Shown in pieces: positions 62,855-64,000 of a stretch of DNA of 64,000 nt. The position numbers were made by a program, and so were the translations under genes. The notes below the pieces were generated by a model. The model was given only the letters and a program-made list of their open reading frames with translations. It made no database searches and had not been told where the DNA came from. The number at the start of each line of letters is the position of its first letter. The stretch's first letter is position 1. The stretch is from NCBI RefSeq assembly GCF_964213995.1, contig NC_135815.1, positions 54,932,001 to 54,996,000 on the forward strand, read 5' to 3'. Source of the stretch: Mustelus asterias (Eukaryota).

Positions 62855-63630
62855 TACACACACACTCACTCCTACTCACACACANNNNNNNNNNNNNNNN
62901 NNNNNNNNNNNNNNNNNNNNNNNNNNNNNNNNNNNNNNNNNNNNNNNNNNNNNNNNNNNNNNNNNNNNNNNNNNNNNNNNNNNNNNNNNNNNNNNNNNNN
63001 NNNNNNNNNNNNNNNNNNNNNNNNNNNNNNNNNNNNNNNNNNNNNNNNNNNNNNNNNNNNNNNNNNNNNNNNNNNNNNNNNNNNNNNNNNNNNNNNNNNN
63101 NNNNNNNNNNNNNNNNNNNNNNNNNNNNNNNNNNNNNNNNNNNNNNNNNNNNNNNNNNNNNNNNNNNNNNNNNNNACACACACCCTTACACACACATGTA
63201 CACTTACACACACTCACAAGGACACTTATACACACACGCACTCACACATGCACACTTACACNNNNNNNNNNNNNNNNNNNNNNNNNNNNNNNNNNNNNNN
63301 NNNNNNNNNNNNNNNNNNNNNNNNNNNNNNNNNNNNNNNNNNNNNNNNNNNNNNNNNNNNNNNNNNNNNNNNNNNNNNNNNNNNNNNNNNNNNNNNNNNN
63401 NNNNNNNNNNNNNNNNNNNNNNNNNNNNNNNNNNNNNNNNNNNNNNNNNNNNNGCACACTTAGACACACACGTGTACACCTACACTTACACACATAAACG
63501 TACACACATACACACACTTACACACACACTCATACACACACACTCACATACACTCACACTCACTCATACTCTCATACACACATACACACACTCGCACTTA
63601 CACACACTCACACACAGACACACACACAAT
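62855..63630. repeat. CA-rich degenerate microsatellite containing two assembly gaps (N runs ~62885-63175 and ~63262-63453)
   Basis: acacacactcacac-type low-complexity sequence flanking the N runs. Confidence 0.95.
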
Positions 63631-64000
63631 AATTAATTGGTCAGCAATTTTTTTTAAGAAAACCCTGACTGACAAATTAATGCGAAATGGATCAAATAGA
63701 AAGTGCGATTCAGTAAAAGATTGGTAAATTTAGACTTAGTGGTGGTGCTGAGGAGTCAGAGACTGTTTTTAACGCAACATTTCTTGTGGGAATAAATGAG
63801 TGGTGATCTATAAACTGCAAATGGTAAGAAACATTTGAAAGAAGCCTTGTCTTGTACCAAGCCATTTTAGAAATAGATTCCCATTCTCCTCAGAAAACAG
63901 AAATCCAAATATCCATCATCTTATCATTAATACTTCCCTTTTCAGTTAAAACATCAATAGTCTCTGCTACCATTATTCTGCTGCCATTTCCCCTGTGCGT

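Noticed and set aside
62729-63636. Long His/Thr-rich and X-containing ORFs
   Set aside because: Artefacts of the CA-repeat and N gaps.

Overview
Repeat-dominated vertebrate genomic DNA, almost certainly from a shark or other elasmobranch. The evidence is HE1-type V-SINEs, HER1/CR1 LINEs and SacSINE1-like Deu-SINEs. I can support no host protein-coding exon. The window is mostly nested transposable elements: CR1 LINEs of at least three subfamilies (two copies have long open ORF2 segments), Rex1/Babar and RTE LINEs, a decayed Gypsy element with related fragments, a decayed Ty1/copia-like element, several solo LTRs, Penelope-like elements with hammerhead-ribozyme motifs, Harbinger remnants and MITEs, and many SINEs. 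Two N-gaps lie inside a CA-rich repeat near the end. Four structures stand out. (1) A 613-bp foldback made of one complete LTR plus an inverted copy of its U3-R part, bounded by TG...CA and a 5-bp target-site duplication (TSD; 5568-6180). (2) A ~3-kb LINE whose 5' UTR is a tRNA-head plus Deu-domain SINE sequence and whose 3' end matches the Deu-SINE tail (6405-9457). (3) Several TSD-flanked palindromic mini-Penelope/hammerhead units. (4) An RTE LINE with a twin-priming-like 5' inversion. Family assignments come from motif recognition by eye, not database searches, and many boundaries are approximate.
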